This document shows, piece after piece, positions 1 through 12,697 of a DNA stretch of 64,000 nucleotides. The stretch spans positions 32,001-96,000 of the forward strand of contig JBBDYJ010000038.1 of the NCBI GenBank assembly GCA_040901675.1, in the 5' to 3' direction. How positions within the stretch are numbered: the stretch's first letter is position 1; each line of letters begins with the position of its first letter. Origin of the DNA: Pirellulales bacterium. GTDB lineage: Bacteria > Planctomycetota > Planctomycetia > Pirellulales > JAICIG01. Below the pieces are notes generated by a model. That model did not search any database, was not told the DNA's origin, and saw only the letters and a list, made by a program, of their open reading frames with translations. A program made the translations under genes and the position numbers.

Positions 1-198
1 GGCCAGGGTGGTCAAAAGCACCGGCAGGCTGGCCGGCGGCATCTCGCCCGCGGCAGCCCGCATCTCGCCCGCGGCGGCCTGGCCGGGTTGCTGCTGCGAC
101 TCCTGCTTGCGCTCCAGTTGTTCCTTCTCGCGCTGGACCTGAGTCTTCCAGTCCTCGTCGATGATGATCTTGGGCTTTTCGCCTGGTTGGTCCGCCAT
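1..198 (-). CDS. DUF1844-like protein, 5' part (runs off window start)
   Basis: ATG at 198 reads MADQPGEKPKIIIDEDWKTQVQREKEQLE...; open to position 1; co-oriented downstream of pyrG; not in ORF track. Confidence 0.6.
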   Translation of the reverse strand, partial: MADQPGEKPKIIIDEDWKTQVQREKEQLERKQESQQQPGQAAAGEMRAAAGEMPPASLPVLLTTLA

Positions 199-280
199 GC
201 TCACTTCTCCACGTCGTGTGCCACTGCTTGGAGAGGCCGACGTGTCGGCCGCCAGAAGCAGCGCGCCCGTTCACGTTGGG

Positions 281-2838
<2,558 letters not shown>

Positions 2839-2910
2839 GAGCCGGTCCTCCTTGACGGTCCTACAGGGTGCCTCGCCGGCCATGGCGGTCGGCCCGCCGC
2901 CGCCGACTTG

Positions 2911-2933
2911 GTAGAACGGAATTTCATTCCGTT
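2911..2933 (+). repeat. GTAG-footed REP-like palindrome (GTAG-AACGGAAT-N2-3-ATTCCGTT), copy 1 of 3
   Basis: Near-identical copies at 13900-13921 and 62282-62303. Confidence 0.7.
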
Positions 2934-3076
2934 ATCGAATTCGACCGTAATCCATACCATTCCCACGCATGCCAGGGTAGACCGGACGGCCGGATCGGCG
3001 ATAATTGGCCAACTCGCGGCTGGGTGGCGGGCCCACGGCCGGGGCGAGCTAAACTTGCCGGGAGGACCACCTTTTC

Positions 3077-4954
3077 ATGTGTGGCATTGTGGGGTACGTA
3101 GGACGGGGCGAGGCGGTTGATTTCCTGCTCCGCGGGCTGCGCCGGCTGGAATACCGCGGCTACGACAGCTCCGGGGTGGCCACCGTCGCCCGCCAGGGGC
3201 GGCTGGCGGTCACCAAGGCCGCCGGACGGCTCGACCGGTTGATCTCCAAGCTCGCCGATGCCCCGGTGGCCGGTCACGTCGGCCTGGGGCACACCCGCTG
3301 GGCCACGCACGGCCCGGCCACCGACGAGAACGCCCACCCCCACTTGGGCGGAAACCAGGTGGTCGCCGTGGTGCACAACGGCGTCATCGACAACTACCTG
3401 CCGCTCAAGAAGCGCCTTGCGAAGCAGGGGTATGAGTTCCTTTCGGCTACCGACAGCGAAGTCATCGCCCACCTCATCGCCAGCCACCTGGAGCAGCAGC
3501 CGCCGGCGGGCGGCCTGGCAAAAGCCGAGCACGAGCCGTATGCCCACCTGCTGGCGGCCATCACGTCGGCCTTGAAGCAGTTGCAGGGCACCTACGGCCT
3601 GGGGATTGTGTTTCGCGATCACCCCGACGTGCTCTTCGCCGCGCGGCTCGGCAGCCCCTTGGTGGTGGGCGTAGGCACGGACGAACACTTCATCGCCAGC
3701 GATGCCTCGCCGCTGGTCGGCTACACCGAAAAGATCGTCTACCTGGCCGATCATGAGCTGGCCATGGTGACCGCCGACACGCTCAAGGTGATCCACCGCG
3801 ACCAGGGAGAGGTGACTCACGACGTCCGCGTGCTGGCCATCGACGCGGGCGAGGTCGATCTGGGCGGCCACGAACATTACATGCTCAAGGAGATCTTCGA
3901 GCAGCCTGAAGCGCTCCGCAACACCATGCGCGGCCGGCTCAGCCTGGACCACGGCACGGCGCACTTCGGCGGCCTGAACCTGACGCCTCAGCAGCTCCGG
4001 TCGGTCGACCGCATCCTGCTGACCGCCTGCGGCACGAGCTGGCACGCGGCCCTGGTCGGCGAGTACCTGCTGGAGCAGTTTGCCCGAATCCCGGTCGAGG
4101 TCGAGTACGCCAGCGAGCTGCGCTATCGCAATCCGCCGCTGGGCAACCACACGCTGGTGTTCGCGATCACGCAGAGCGGCGAGACGGCCGACACGCTGGC
4201 GGCGGTGCGCGAAATGAAGCGGCAGGGGCACCCCACGCTGGCCATTTGCAACGTGGTCGGTTCGAGCATCGCCCAGGGGGCCGACGGAGGCATCTATCTG
4301 CACGCCGGGCCGGAGATCGGCGTGGCCTCGACGAAGGCCTTCACGTCGCAGTGCGCGGCCCTGGCCATGCTGGCCTTGTATTTCGGGCGGCTGCGGCATC
4401 TGGACCACGCCCAGGGGACGCGGATCGTCGAGCACTTGCAGAAACTTCCCGACCAGGTCCGGCAGGCCTTGCACACCGACGTGGAGGTGCGCCGCATCGC
4501 CGCCAAGTATTACCAGTGCCAGAACTTCCTCTACCTGGGCCGCCAGTACAATTTCCCCACTGCGTTGGAAGGGGCCCTGAAGCTGAAGGAGATCAGCTAC
4601 ATCCACGCCGAAGGCTATCCGGCCGCCGAGATGAAGCACGGTCCGATCGCCCTGGTCGACGAGAACACGCCCAGCGTATTTCTCATTCCCCAGGGAGCGG
4701 TGTACGACAAGGTGATGGCCAACATGGAGGAGATCAAGGCCCGCGGCGGCCCGGTGATCGCGGTCACCTGCGAGGCCGGCACGCGGGCCGCCGAGCTGGC
4801 CGACGACGTGATCCAGATCCCCACGCTCGAGGACTTTTTGCAGCCGATCGTAACCAGCATTCCCTTGCAGTTGCTGGCCTATCACATCGCCGTGTTGCGC
4901 GGCTGCGACGTCGACAAGCCCCGCAACCTCGCCAAAAGCGTCACCGTCGAGTGA
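3077..4954 (+). CDS. glmS: Glutamine--fructose-6-phosphate transaminase (isomerizing)
   Basis: MCGIVG start, LEYRGYDS, GHTRWATHG, SQSGETADT-like motif, C-terminal PRNLAKSVTVE; GGAGG upstream. Confidence 0.98.
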   Translation: MCGIVGYVGRGEAVDFLLRGLRRLEYRGYDSSGVATVARQGRLAVTKAAGRLDRLISKLADAPVAGHVGLGHTRWATHGPATDENAHPHLGGNQVVAVVHNGVIDNYLPLKKRLAKQGYEFLSATDSEVIAHLIASHLEQQPPAGGLAKAEHEPYAHLLAAITSALKQLQGTYGLGIVFRDHPDVLFAARLGSPLVVGVGTDEHFIASDASPLVGYTEKIVYLADHELAMVTADTLKVIHRDQGEVTHDVRVLAIDAGEVDLGGHEHYMLKEIFEQPEALRNTMRGRLSLDHGTAHFGGLNLTPQQLRSVDRILLTACGTSWHAALVGEYLLEQFARIPVEVEYASELRYRNPPLGNHTLVFAITQSGETADTLAAVREMKRQGHPTLAICNVVGSSIAQGADGGIYLHAGPEIGVASTKAFTSQCAALAMLALYFGRLRHLDHAQGTRIVEHLQKLPDQVRQALHTDVEVRRIAAKYYQCQNFLYLGRQYNFPTALEGALKLKEISYIHAEGYPAAEMKHGPIALVDENTPSVFLIPQGAVYDKVMANMEEIKARGGPVIAVTCEAGTRAAELADDVIQIPTLEDFLQPIVTSIPLQLLAYHIAVLRGCDVDKPRNLAKSVTVE

Positions 4955-5058
4955 CGTTCGTACGGACCCCATTCACGGGGTCGGTGGCTGGAAAAACGTC
5001 CCACCGGGTGGCTGGTGGCAAAGCAGGAAGGGCGATCTTGGTACTTAGGACTTGGTAC

Positions 5059-5230
5059 TTGGGGAAGACGCCGGTAGCGTGCCCCAGTCTTCCTCCCTCG
5101 GTGCTTAGGTCTTTGTTCTTTTGCACTTTGCGCTCGGCTCGACTGAGCTCGCGACTCGACTGAGCTCGCCGAAGTCCGAAGTCCGGCTTCCTCCCTTCCT
5201 CCTTCTGCCTTCTGCCTCCCTCCTCTCCAG
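5059..5230. repeat. Composite intergenic repeat (partial TGCCCCAG REP, inverted CGAGCTCAGTCGAG module, CT-rich tail)
   Basis: Modules shared with 13997-14190 and 56079-56375. Confidence 0.65.
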
Positions 5231-5290
5231 TCGTGGGCTATAGTTGTGGAACCACCCGGACGGAAACCCCCACGGCAAAGGCCTCCCAGC

Positions 5291-5590
5291 ATGGGCCATC
5301 ACGAGTACTCGCCCACCGACGAACTGCGCAGATCGACCCGCCTTACCAATCCGGTCAGCGATTTCGCATCGATCTGGTATCCCGAAGAGGCCGCCACCGC
5401 CGCCGAAGTGCACAATGAGTCGTTAGGCGGCATCGCGCTGGTGGTCGGCGACGTCTCTCATCTTGCGATCGGCTGCGAGGTCGGCATCGCCCACGCGGGC
5501 CTGTTGATGCGGGCCATTGTCCGGCACATCCAGCCCCACTCCGATGGCCGCTACATCGTCGGCTTCGAGTGCGAGCTGCTGCTCGACTAG
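5291..5590 (+). CDS. Small hypothetical protein, possibly PilZ-like
   Basis: RRSTR followed by NESLGG and VGFE resembles the PilZ RxxxR and D/NxSxxG motifs. Confidence 0.5.
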   Translation: MGHHEYSPTDELRRSTRLTNPVSDFASIWYPEEAATAAEVHNESLGGIALVVGDVSHLAIGCEVGIAHAGLLMRAIVRHIQPHSDGRYIVGFECELLLD

Positions 5591-5671
5591 CGTCAACGAC
5601 GCAGGCAGCATTCGAAATCAATCGGGCATTCATTCGCACCGCCACTTCTGCAGCGAACGCAGCTATGTTGC

Positions 5672-7204
5672 TTAGGGAGCCGGCCGAGCACCGTGCTCAA
5701 GCAAGTAAGCCTCGATGTCGCGCCGTTGGAACCGCTTGGCATAGCCGAGGGGACTCTCTTTCCGACGTCCCCTCCAATTGACATGGGCCCCTCTGGAAAC
5801 CAGCAGCTTGACCATCTCAAGGCGTCCATGCTCGATGGCCACCAGGAGAGGCGTTGACCAGTCCTGGTGTTTCTCATCTGGATCGACCCCCGCATCGAGA
5901 AGTATCGTCGCCAGCTCGATCCCTCCGCTCTCCGCAGCTACGGCAAGGGGAGAGTTTCGATTGTCATTCAGGTTCGTTCGCGCTGGACTCGCCCCTCGGT
6001 CGAGGATAAAGCGGAGAACCTCAGGACGATTTTTGAGAATGCTGCCGACAACTGCGGCAAGGACGGGCGAACTGCCAAAGTCGTCCTCCTGCTTGACATC
6101 GGCTCCGGCCTGGAGAAGAGCTTCGGCCACGGGTAGCTCCCCAGCAACGAGCGATGCAGTTAAAGGCGTCTTTCCCCTAGTTCCGCTCTTGCTGACGTCA
6201 GCGCCAGCGGCAAGCAGAACACGCATCGATGCCAAATCGCCGGCCTGAGCCGCAACCGCGAGCGGCGTATCGGAGTGTCCGTCCTCACGATTCACATCGG
6301 AGCCACTTTTGACGAGAAAGCGAACGATGTTCGCTCGACGAGCGAGGATCGCGGCTGTAAGGGGAGTGCGATGGTTCTCGAGCTCGCCATCGAGTTCGGC
6401 TCCATGCTGGGCGAGCTGTTGAATGGCCTTGCCGATGGCGGACTCGTCTAACTTGAGTGCGTCTATCAGCTCTGGCGCGATTTGAGTGACCACGCCAACT
6501 GGACCACCCAACTTGGGATCGGCCCCCTTAGACAATAGTAATTCCACAAGGTCCAGTGAGAGGAATCTTATCGCAGTAACCAGAGGTGTTGCCCCCTCCG
6601 GACCGGGCCGATTGATGTCAGCGCCATGTTCCAGCAAGAGTACGGCAAGGGCCGCGTTCTTGGAGATTGCAGCCTGGTGCAGTGGCGCATTTTGCCAACC
6701 ATCGGTCGCGTTGACGTCCGCACCAGACTCCAAAAGAGCCTGGACCATCGCCGCGTCTCCCTGCTGCACAGCGGCCGTCAGTGGTGTTTCACCCTCGTTA
6801 TCCCAATACCATCCCCAGCGGCCCCGGCCATCGAGGTTTACTCCGAGCCTGGCGTAAAAGCGGATTCGGGCTTCATCGCTGCGATAAACAGCCTGCAGAA
6901 CCTCTCGCGTGCGGGGCCAAGAGACATAGAGAACCACACCTACCGCAATCACGACATTGGCCGCGAGGGTGGCCAGAGCCCATCGAGAGCGGCCGCGCGC
7001 AACCCAAAGAGCAATCCCAGCACCCGCACAGCCGAGACATCCCAGCAACGTCCCGGACACAAACAAGAATGACCGCGCCGTGTGAAAACCTTCGTAACGT
7101 TCGATTTCACTCGCGGTCGGCAGCCAAAGGACCAGAGAAACGACAACTGCTAAGCCCGAAAGCACGATCAAAGCACGGCAATAAGTCAAGCGAACCCGGC
7201 TCAT
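5672..7204 (-). CDS. Membrane-anchored ankyrin repeat protein
   Basis: N-terminal TM segments, then about 10 TPLxxA...LL..GADVN repeats; less GC-biased codons than neighbours. Confidence 0.9.
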   Translation of the reverse strand: MSRVRLTYCRALIVLSGLAVVVSLVLWLPTASEIERYEGFHTARSFLFVSGTLLGCLGCAGAGIALWVARGRSRWALATLAANVVIAVGVVLYVSWPRTREVLQAVYRSDEARIRFYARLGVNLDGRGRWGWYWDNEGETPLTAAVQQGDAAMVQALLESGADVNATDGWQNAPLHQAAISKNAALAVLLLEHGADINRPGPEGATPLVTAIRFLSLDLVELLLSKGADPKLGGPVGVVTQIAPELIDALKLDESAIGKAIQQLAQHGAELDGELENHRTPLTAAILARRANIVRFLVKSGSDVNREDGHSDTPLAVAAQAGDLASMRVLLAAGADVSKSGTRGKTPLTASLVAGELPVAEALLQAGADVKQEDDFGSSPVLAAVVGSILKNRPEVLRFILDRGASPARTNLNDNRNSPLAVAAESGGIELATILLDAGVDPDEKHQDWSTPLLVAIEHGRLEMVKLLVSRGAHVNWRGRRKESPLGYAKRFQRRDIEAYLLEHGARPAP

Positions 7205-7488
7205 GGTGATTTGCCGACCCCCGCGCATTGATAAAACCGCCTCTTAGTACAAAAGAGCTGTTCCGGCAGTGGGGTTTGCAGCAACTGCAATCCGAAACCG
7301 GCCGCCAGGCTTGTACCCGCCCCTGCCAGGATTCTATCTGGCCCAACGGGTTGCAGGAAAGATACGAAGCAAGGTTCGTGCGAGAAGCTGATTTCGGCCT
7401 TCGGCCTTCTGTCCCCTGCCGTAGGTCCGCCGAAGGTGGATTCCTATCCTCCGTCCTTCGGTTCCCCTTCTCCCCCTCCCCCCTTCCC

Positions 7489-9870
7489 CTATCCCGCTTC
7501 GCCCTCGACGACGTCGGCCGCGTGGGCGTGCTGGATCGCCTCTTCCGTGCTGGCCGGATCCACCTGGCGGCAACTCGCCGTCAACTGTTCGGCCAGGTCG
7601 GCCAGCCACGAGCGCCATTCATCCGCGCTGGTGTGGGCGGGGCAGACGGCCGAGAACTCCTCGCACAGCAGGATCAGCCGCAGCAGGTGCCGGAAGATCA
7701 GCCCTTCCTGCTTGGTAAGGTCGCGCGCCCGGATGAAGTTGTTGAAGTTGCCGCCGAACGTCAGCAACTCGCCCGCTGCCCATACCGCCTGCGTGTACAC
7801 GTCGTCCACGCCGGGCAATTGGGCATCGAACAACAGCCGCAGCTTCTCCGCCAGCAGCGGCGGCCGCTCGAAATCTTCTCCGCGGCGGTCGTCTTCGGCC
7901 CAATCCTCTTCGTCCGCATCCGGCGGCCGCACAGCGGCGATCAGGCCCCGCCGCACCAGCTCGCTGTCCAATCGCTCGGTGGCCAAGGGGCCGGCCGGCA
8001 GGTCGAATGGCACGCGGACGTAGCGGAGGATCGGCCCCGGCAATCCCAGCACGCTTTCCAGCGCCTGGATCCGCTCCGCGGTGTCCGCAATGCCCAACTG
8101 ATCCAGCAAGAACGCCCCGTACAACGGATTCACGCTGCGAAACACCAGCAGCTTGTCCAACGCCGGCGTCGCCCTGGCCAGCTCGGGTGAATAGCGCGGC
8201 ACGGGCGGCGGAGCAGTGTCGGCCGACTTCGGTTGCTGGCCGAAGTGGCCGAACAACAACCCGCGCGATGCCGTTTCGTTCTTGAAAGATTGTCCGGCCG
8301 CTGGTAGTCCCGCGGCTGGTAGTCCCACCGCTGGCTCACCCGGAGGAGGCGGCGCGGGCTCGAGCTCGACATACCCGGCGGCCGCCATGGTGAGCAGCAT
8401 CTGGTCCAACGCCCGCTCGCCCGCCTTGACCCGCGGCTCGTCCATCAATCGCTTGCGCACCAGGCCGCGGATGCGCGAGACCTCGGGCGACAACTGCAGC
8501 ATGTAGGCCAGCAGCCGCCATGGCAGCGGCCCCTTGCTGTAGAGCTTTCCCGGCGGGGCCGTCTTGAGCTTTTCGAACTGGGCCTCGTTCCAGTACTGCA
8601 CGTTCTCACGCCGCGTGGGCCGCTTCTTTTTCAGGGCCTTCTTGGCCTTGAGCAGACCGAGGTCCTTGGTGTCTTCCGGGATGGCGTCGTATTTTTCCTT
8701 CCAGCGGAGGATCTTCACGTCGTCCTCGTGCGCCAGGACATACACGTAGCCCTGGTTGTCGAACTGGGGCCTCCCCGCGCGCCCGAAGATCTGGTGGGCC
8801 GTGCTGGGGTCGATCAGCTTCTGCTCGCCGCGTGGCCCCTTCACCAGCGACGTCAGCACCACCGAGCGCGCCGGCAGGTTGATCCCCGCGGCCAGCGTCT
8901 CGGTGCACATCGTCACGGCCAGCAGCTTCCGCTGGAACAAGTCTTCGACCACCCGGCGGTACTTGGGCAGCAGTCCGGCATGGTGTACGCCCACGCCCCG
9001 GTGCAGGAGTTGCCTGAGCTTCGAGCCGACCCCCTGCGACCAATCGAGCGCGTTGACCTCCGCGATCACCTGGCTGCGTTCCGGCTCGGACGTGAGATGG
9101 CAGCCCTTGAGCTGTTCGGCGATGGCCCAGCACTCGTCGCGGTTGAAACAGAACACCAGGGCCGGAGTCTTGCGGCTCTCAGCGTCTCCCTTGGCCATCA
9201 GCGTCAATTGCTCGTTCAACAGCTCGTCGGGCACCCATTGGTACGTGAGCGGCACGCGGCGCTCGGTCCCCTCGACCAGTTCCAGCTTGCGGCCATGGCA
9301 GCGGTCGAGCCAGCTCAGGAACTCCTTGGAGTTGCCCACGGTGGCCGAGAGCAGCATGAGCCGCACCTGCGGCGGCAGCATACCCAGCGACAGCTCCCAG
9401 ACGATTCCCCGCTGCGGGTCGGCGAAGCTGTGGAACTCGTCCATGACCACCGACGACACCTGGCTGAAATCGAAGGCTTCCGTGTGCAGCAGGCGGTTTA
9501 ACAGAATCTCCGCCACGACCACCAGCACGCGCGCCCGTGGGTTGACCCGCCGGTTGCCGGTGACCAGCCCCACGTCGTCAGGCCGGAAGCCCCAGCGCAC
9601 CGCCGCCGCCTGCATCTCGCTGAACTTCTGCTCGGTCAGCGCGATCAGCGGCGTGGTGTAGTAAGCGATCTGCCCGGTGTGCAGCGCCTCGAACAGGGCC
9701 GCTTCGGCGATCAGCGTCTTGCCCGTGCCGGTTGGCGCGCACACCAACAGCCCCCGATCGCTGGTGAACCAGGTCAGCAGCGCCTCTTCCTGGAGCGGGT
9801 AAGGCGGGTACGGCAACGCAGCCAGGTACTGCTCGGCCAGTTCATCTCGGGCCGGCACGGCAATGGTCAT
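7489..9870 (-). CDS. Ski2-like DEAD/DEAH box helicase
   Basis: APTGTGKT, MDEFH, LSAT, HHAGLLP, TETLAAGINLPA, QIFGRAGR. Confidence 0.93.
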   Translation of the reverse strand: MTIAVPARDELAEQYLAALPYPPYPLQEEALLTWFTSDRGLLVCAPTGTGKTLIAEAALFEALHTGQIAYYTTPLIALTEQKFSEMQAAAVRWGFRPDDVGLVTGNRRVNPRARVLVVVAEILLNRLLHTEAFDFSQVSSVVMDEFHSFADPQRGIVWELSLGMLPPQVRLMLLSATVGNSKEFLSWLDRCHGRKLELVEGTERRVPLTYQWVPDELLNEQLTLMAKGDAESRKTPALVFCFNRDECWAIAEQLKGCHLTSEPERSQVIAEVNALDWSQGVGSKLRQLLHRGVGVHHAGLLPKYRRVVEDLFQRKLLAVTMCTETLAAGINLPARSVVLTSLVKGPRGEQKLIDPSTAHQIFGRAGRPQFDNQGYVYVLAHEDDVKILRWKEKYDAIPEDTKDLGLLKAKKALKKKRPTRRENVQYWNEAQFEKLKTAPPGKLYSKGPLPWRLLAYMLQLSPEVSRIRGLVRKRLMDEPRVKAGERALDQMLLTMAAAGYVELEPAPPPPGEPAVGLPAAGLPAAGQSFKNETASRGLLFGHFGQQPKSADTAPPPVPRYSPELARATPALDKLLVFRSVNPLYGAFLLDQLGIADTAERIQALESVLGLPGPILRYVRVPFDLPAGPLATERLDSELVRRGLIAAVRPPDADEEDWAEDDRRGEDFERPPLLAEKLRLLFDAQLPGVDDVYTQAVWAAGELLTFGGNFNNFIRARDLTKQEGLIFRHLLRLILLCEEFSAVCPAHTSADEWRSWLADLAEQLTASCRQVDPASTEEAIQHAHAADVVEGEAG

Positions 9871-10044
9871 GTGCCTATCGTAGCAGGGACCCCTGGAGGA
9901 GTTAAACGCCCTCCGGCTGCTCTTCCCCTTCCCCCGATAGCGGGTGCTGCGACGAGACCGCGAGTCGCTACGGCACCCGTTTTGCACCCTTGAATGGAGA
10001 ACGGGAACGGTTACCGAACTTCACTTCTCGGAAGGAGGCATGTC

Positions 10045-11031
10045 ATGTCAATGCGACTGGTGACTTTCTCACTCTGCTTGGCCCTGTGCGCCGGCGGCTC
10101 GGCCGCCTTGGGCCAACGAGCGGCCGATGACCAACCGAGTGCCGCGGCCGACGAACAACGCACAAAAAAGCAGGCCCGGCAAGACGACGCTGAAGACACC
10201 CAGGCCGCGATGCACCGGGCGGCCAGGATCAGCAAGATCATGGGCATGAAGGTGGTCAACACGGCCGGCGAAGAGCTGGGCACCGTCGACGACCTGATGC
10301 TCGACCTGAGGATGGACGGAGGCATCCGGTACGCGGCCTTGTCGTACGGTGGCTTCCTGGGGCTTGGCGACAAGCTGTTCGCGGTGCCCTGGAAGGCCTT
10401 CGAGTATGCAGTCGATGAGGACGAGGAGCACCTCGTGCTGGATATCAACGAGGAGCGGCTCAAGAAATCTCCGGGTTTCGACAAGGACGCCTGGCCCGAC
10501 TTCGCCGACCCGAAATGGTCGTCCGAAGTCGACGTCTACTTCAACAACGAGTCGGATACCGCCGCCGGCACCACCGCGCCCGCGGACCGCAGCAGGCGTG
10601 CCCGCGACGACGAGGCCCGCGAAAGCGCCTATCCACTGGTCCACCGGGCCAGCAAGGTGGTCGATATGGAAGCCCGGTCCGGCGATGGAGAGCAGCTCGG
10701 CAAGATCGACGACCTGGTCGTGGATACCAAGAGCGGCAAGTTGAGGTACGCCGCGCTCTCCTTTGGCGGTTTCCTGGGCGTGGGCGACAAGCTGTTTGCC
10801 ATTCCTTGGGAGGCGTTCAAAATCGGATACGATCCGGACGACGATAAGTACTACCTCACCGTCTTGGACCTGACCGAGGAGCAGCTCAAGAATGCACCGG
10901 GCTTCGATAAAGACCGCTGGCCCGACTTCGCCGACCCGCAATGGTCCGTCGACATCGACGAGTACTACAAAAGCGATGCCGAGAAGCGTCCTCTTGGCGC
11001 GGCGCGGCCCAAGGAGACCACGCAGCAGTAG
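10045..11031 (+). CDS. Secreted protein with two PRC-barrel domains
   Basis: Signal peptide; two copies of GE.LG.(V/I)DDL...RYAALS(Y/F)GGFLG.GDKLFA(V/I)PW; AGGAGG RBS. Confidence 0.9.
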   Translation: MSMRLVTFSLCLALCAGGSAALGQRAADDQPSAAADEQRTKKQARQDDAEDTQAAMHRAARISKIMGMKVVNTAGEELGTVDDLMLDLRMDGGIRYAALSYGGFLGLGDKLFAVPWKAFEYAVDEDEEHLVLDINEERLKKSPGFDKDAWPDFADPKWSSEVDVYFNNESDTAAGTTAPADRSRRARDDEARESAYPLVHRASKVVDMEARSGDGEQLGKIDDLVVDTKSGKLRYAALSFGGFLGVGDKLFAIPWEAFKIGYDPDDDKYYLTVLDLTEEQLKNAPGFDKDRWPDFADPQWSVDIDEYYKSDAEKRPLGAARPKETTQQ

Positions 11032-11062
11032 CCGTGGCGCGTAAGCGGCACGTAAGGGGCAA

Positions 11063-11107
11063 CAAAAAAGCTGGCTGGAGCGGCCTGCTCCAGCCGGCTT
11101 GTTTTTC
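11063..11107. terminator. Bidirectional intrinsic terminator
   Basis: AAAAAAGCTGGCTGGAGC-GGCCT-GCTCCAGCCGGCTTGTTTTT between convergent genes. Confidence 0.75.
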
Positions 11108-11125
11108 TTATCGCAACTACGTCTT

Positions 11126-11171
11126 GTCTCTATAGCAACGTTGTCTCTATGGCAACGTCTCTATAGCAACG
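11126..11171. repeat. Three tandem copies of GTCTCTAT(A/G)GCAACG
   Basis: Copies at 11126, 11143 and 11157. Confidence 0.7.
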
Positions 11172-11176
11172 CTGTT

Positions 11177-12571
11177 CTACACCAGGCCGGCAATCGGCTC
11201 CGCCCCCGTGGCCGCCTCGATGACCTCGTTGGGCATGCCGCGCATCGTCCGCAGCTCGCCCGGATCGACCAGCGTGTGCAGAATCGTCGCCACCAGGTTC
11301 TTGATCCCAAACGGCTGGCTCAACGGCTCGCCCGCGTCGCGCGTCGATTGCCCGATCACCTGCCCCATCTGAAGGCCGCCGCCCGCCAGCAACAGGGGCG
11401 CCAGGCTGCCCCAGTGGTCGCGGCCCCCCTTGTTGTTGATCCGCGGCGTGCGTCCCATCTCGCCCGAGCAGACCAGCAGGATCTTTTCGCTGAGGCCGCG
11501 GGCCGCCACGTCCTCCAGGAACGCCGACACGGCGTGATCCAGCGGCAGGCCCATGTAGCGCATCCCTTCCTCGACGCCCGCGTTGTTTACGTCGGCGTGC
11601 ATGTCCCAGACAAAGCTGGTGGTCACCGTCACAAAGCCGCAACCCGCCTCGCACAGCCGCCGCGCCAACAGCAGCAGCTTGCCCAGCGACTTGGCGTTGT
11701 CGACGTAGTGGTTGTAGTTGTTCCACTCGCGGCTGATCTGGTCCGGCCGCACCAGGGGCGCCGTGTCGTACCGCTCGACCAGCCGCGGATCCTCCTTCGA
11801 TAAGTCGAAGGCGCCGGCCACGCCGCCCAACAGCGTGCTGAAGGCCTGCTGGCGGATGCTGTCCAGGCCCTGCAGGGCTCCCCCGGCGTCCAGGCTCCAG
11901 CGGACACGGTCGAGCTCGGCCAGCAGCGCGCGTCGGTCTCCGAGCCGCTCCACCGGCAGCTTCAGCTCCAGGTCCTGCTGCATTCCGCCGCCGGCTCCGG
12001 GCACAAACGGTGCATAACCGCTGCCCAGGCCGCCCGTGGCGTCGAACCGTCCGAACGCCGTCAGCGGCGGCTGCGTGCTGGGATCGACCGCCTGCGGAAA
12101 CAAGGCCGCGTTGGTCGGCATGCCGCTCAGCGGGTCGTTGGCGCCGGCCACGCGGGAGTACAGCGAGCCGAGATTGGCGCCGAACGTGTCGCGGCCCACG
12201 ATCGGCTTGATGTCGTGGTTGCCGTCGCCCGTGACGTACGAGCGGATCACGGCGACCCGGTCGGCCAGCCGGGCCAACCTGGGGAAGCTGCCACCGAACG
12301 TGATGCCGGGAATCGTGGTCGACACTTCGCCCGTCGCGCTGCGCACGTCGGCTGGGGCGGTGAGCTTCGGATCGAACGTTTCGATCTGGCTGGGCCCGCC
12401 CTGCAGGAACAGAAAGATCACCGACTTGCCCGTGATCGGCGGCAAGCCCTGGGCCGCGCCCGCCCTGCCCGCCATCCAGGCCGGCAGCGACAAGCCGCCC
12501 AGCGTCAGACCGCCGATGCGCAGGAACTCACGCCGCCCACGTCGCCGATTCGCATCCGACACTCTGAGCAT
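11177..12571 (-). CDS. DUF1501 family protein
   Basis: RREFLRIGGL, LFLQGGPSQIETFDPK, WDMH, GEMGRTP, GRDHW. Confidence 0.9.
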   Translation of the reverse strand: MLRVSDANRRRGRREFLRIGGLTLGGLSLPAWMAGRAGAAQGLPPITGKSVIFLFLQGGPSQIETFDPKLTAPADVRSATGEVSTTIPGITFGGSFPRLARLADRVAVIRSYVTGDGNHDIKPIVGRDTFGANLGSLYSRVAGANDPLSGMPTNAALFPQAVDPSTQPPLTAFGRFDATGGLGSGYAPFVPGAGGGMQQDLELKLPVERLGDRRALLAELDRVRWSLDAGGALQGLDSIRQQAFSTLLGGVAGAFDLSKEDPRLVERYDTAPLVRPDQISREWNNYNHYVDNAKSLGKLLLLARRLCEAGCGFVTVTTSFVWDMHADVNNAGVEEGMRYMGLPLDHAVSAFLEDVAARGLSEKILLVCSGEMGRTPRINNKGGRDHWGSLAPLLLAGGGLQMGQVIGQSTRDAGEPLSQPFGIKNLVATILHTLVDPGELRTMRGMPNEVIEAATGAEPIAGLV

Positions 12572-12697
12572 GCCATTACCCTCTCGAAGCGGAAGTGGCT
12601 GGTGACCCGCGGCTTGGCACCTCCTTGATATCAGAATCGGTTGATGCGTGCAACGGTTTTGACCCCGTTTGCCGCCTCGCGCTGGCTTTCCACACGG

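Noticed and set aside
2940..3076. glmS ribozyme upstream of glmS
   Set aside because: No recognisable core consensus in the short leader.
2924..4972. 682-aa minus-strand ORF and similar shadow ORFs (353-1411, 12641-13903, 21693-23450, 32417-33826, 54507-56054)
   Set aside because: Opposite-strand shadows of clear genes.
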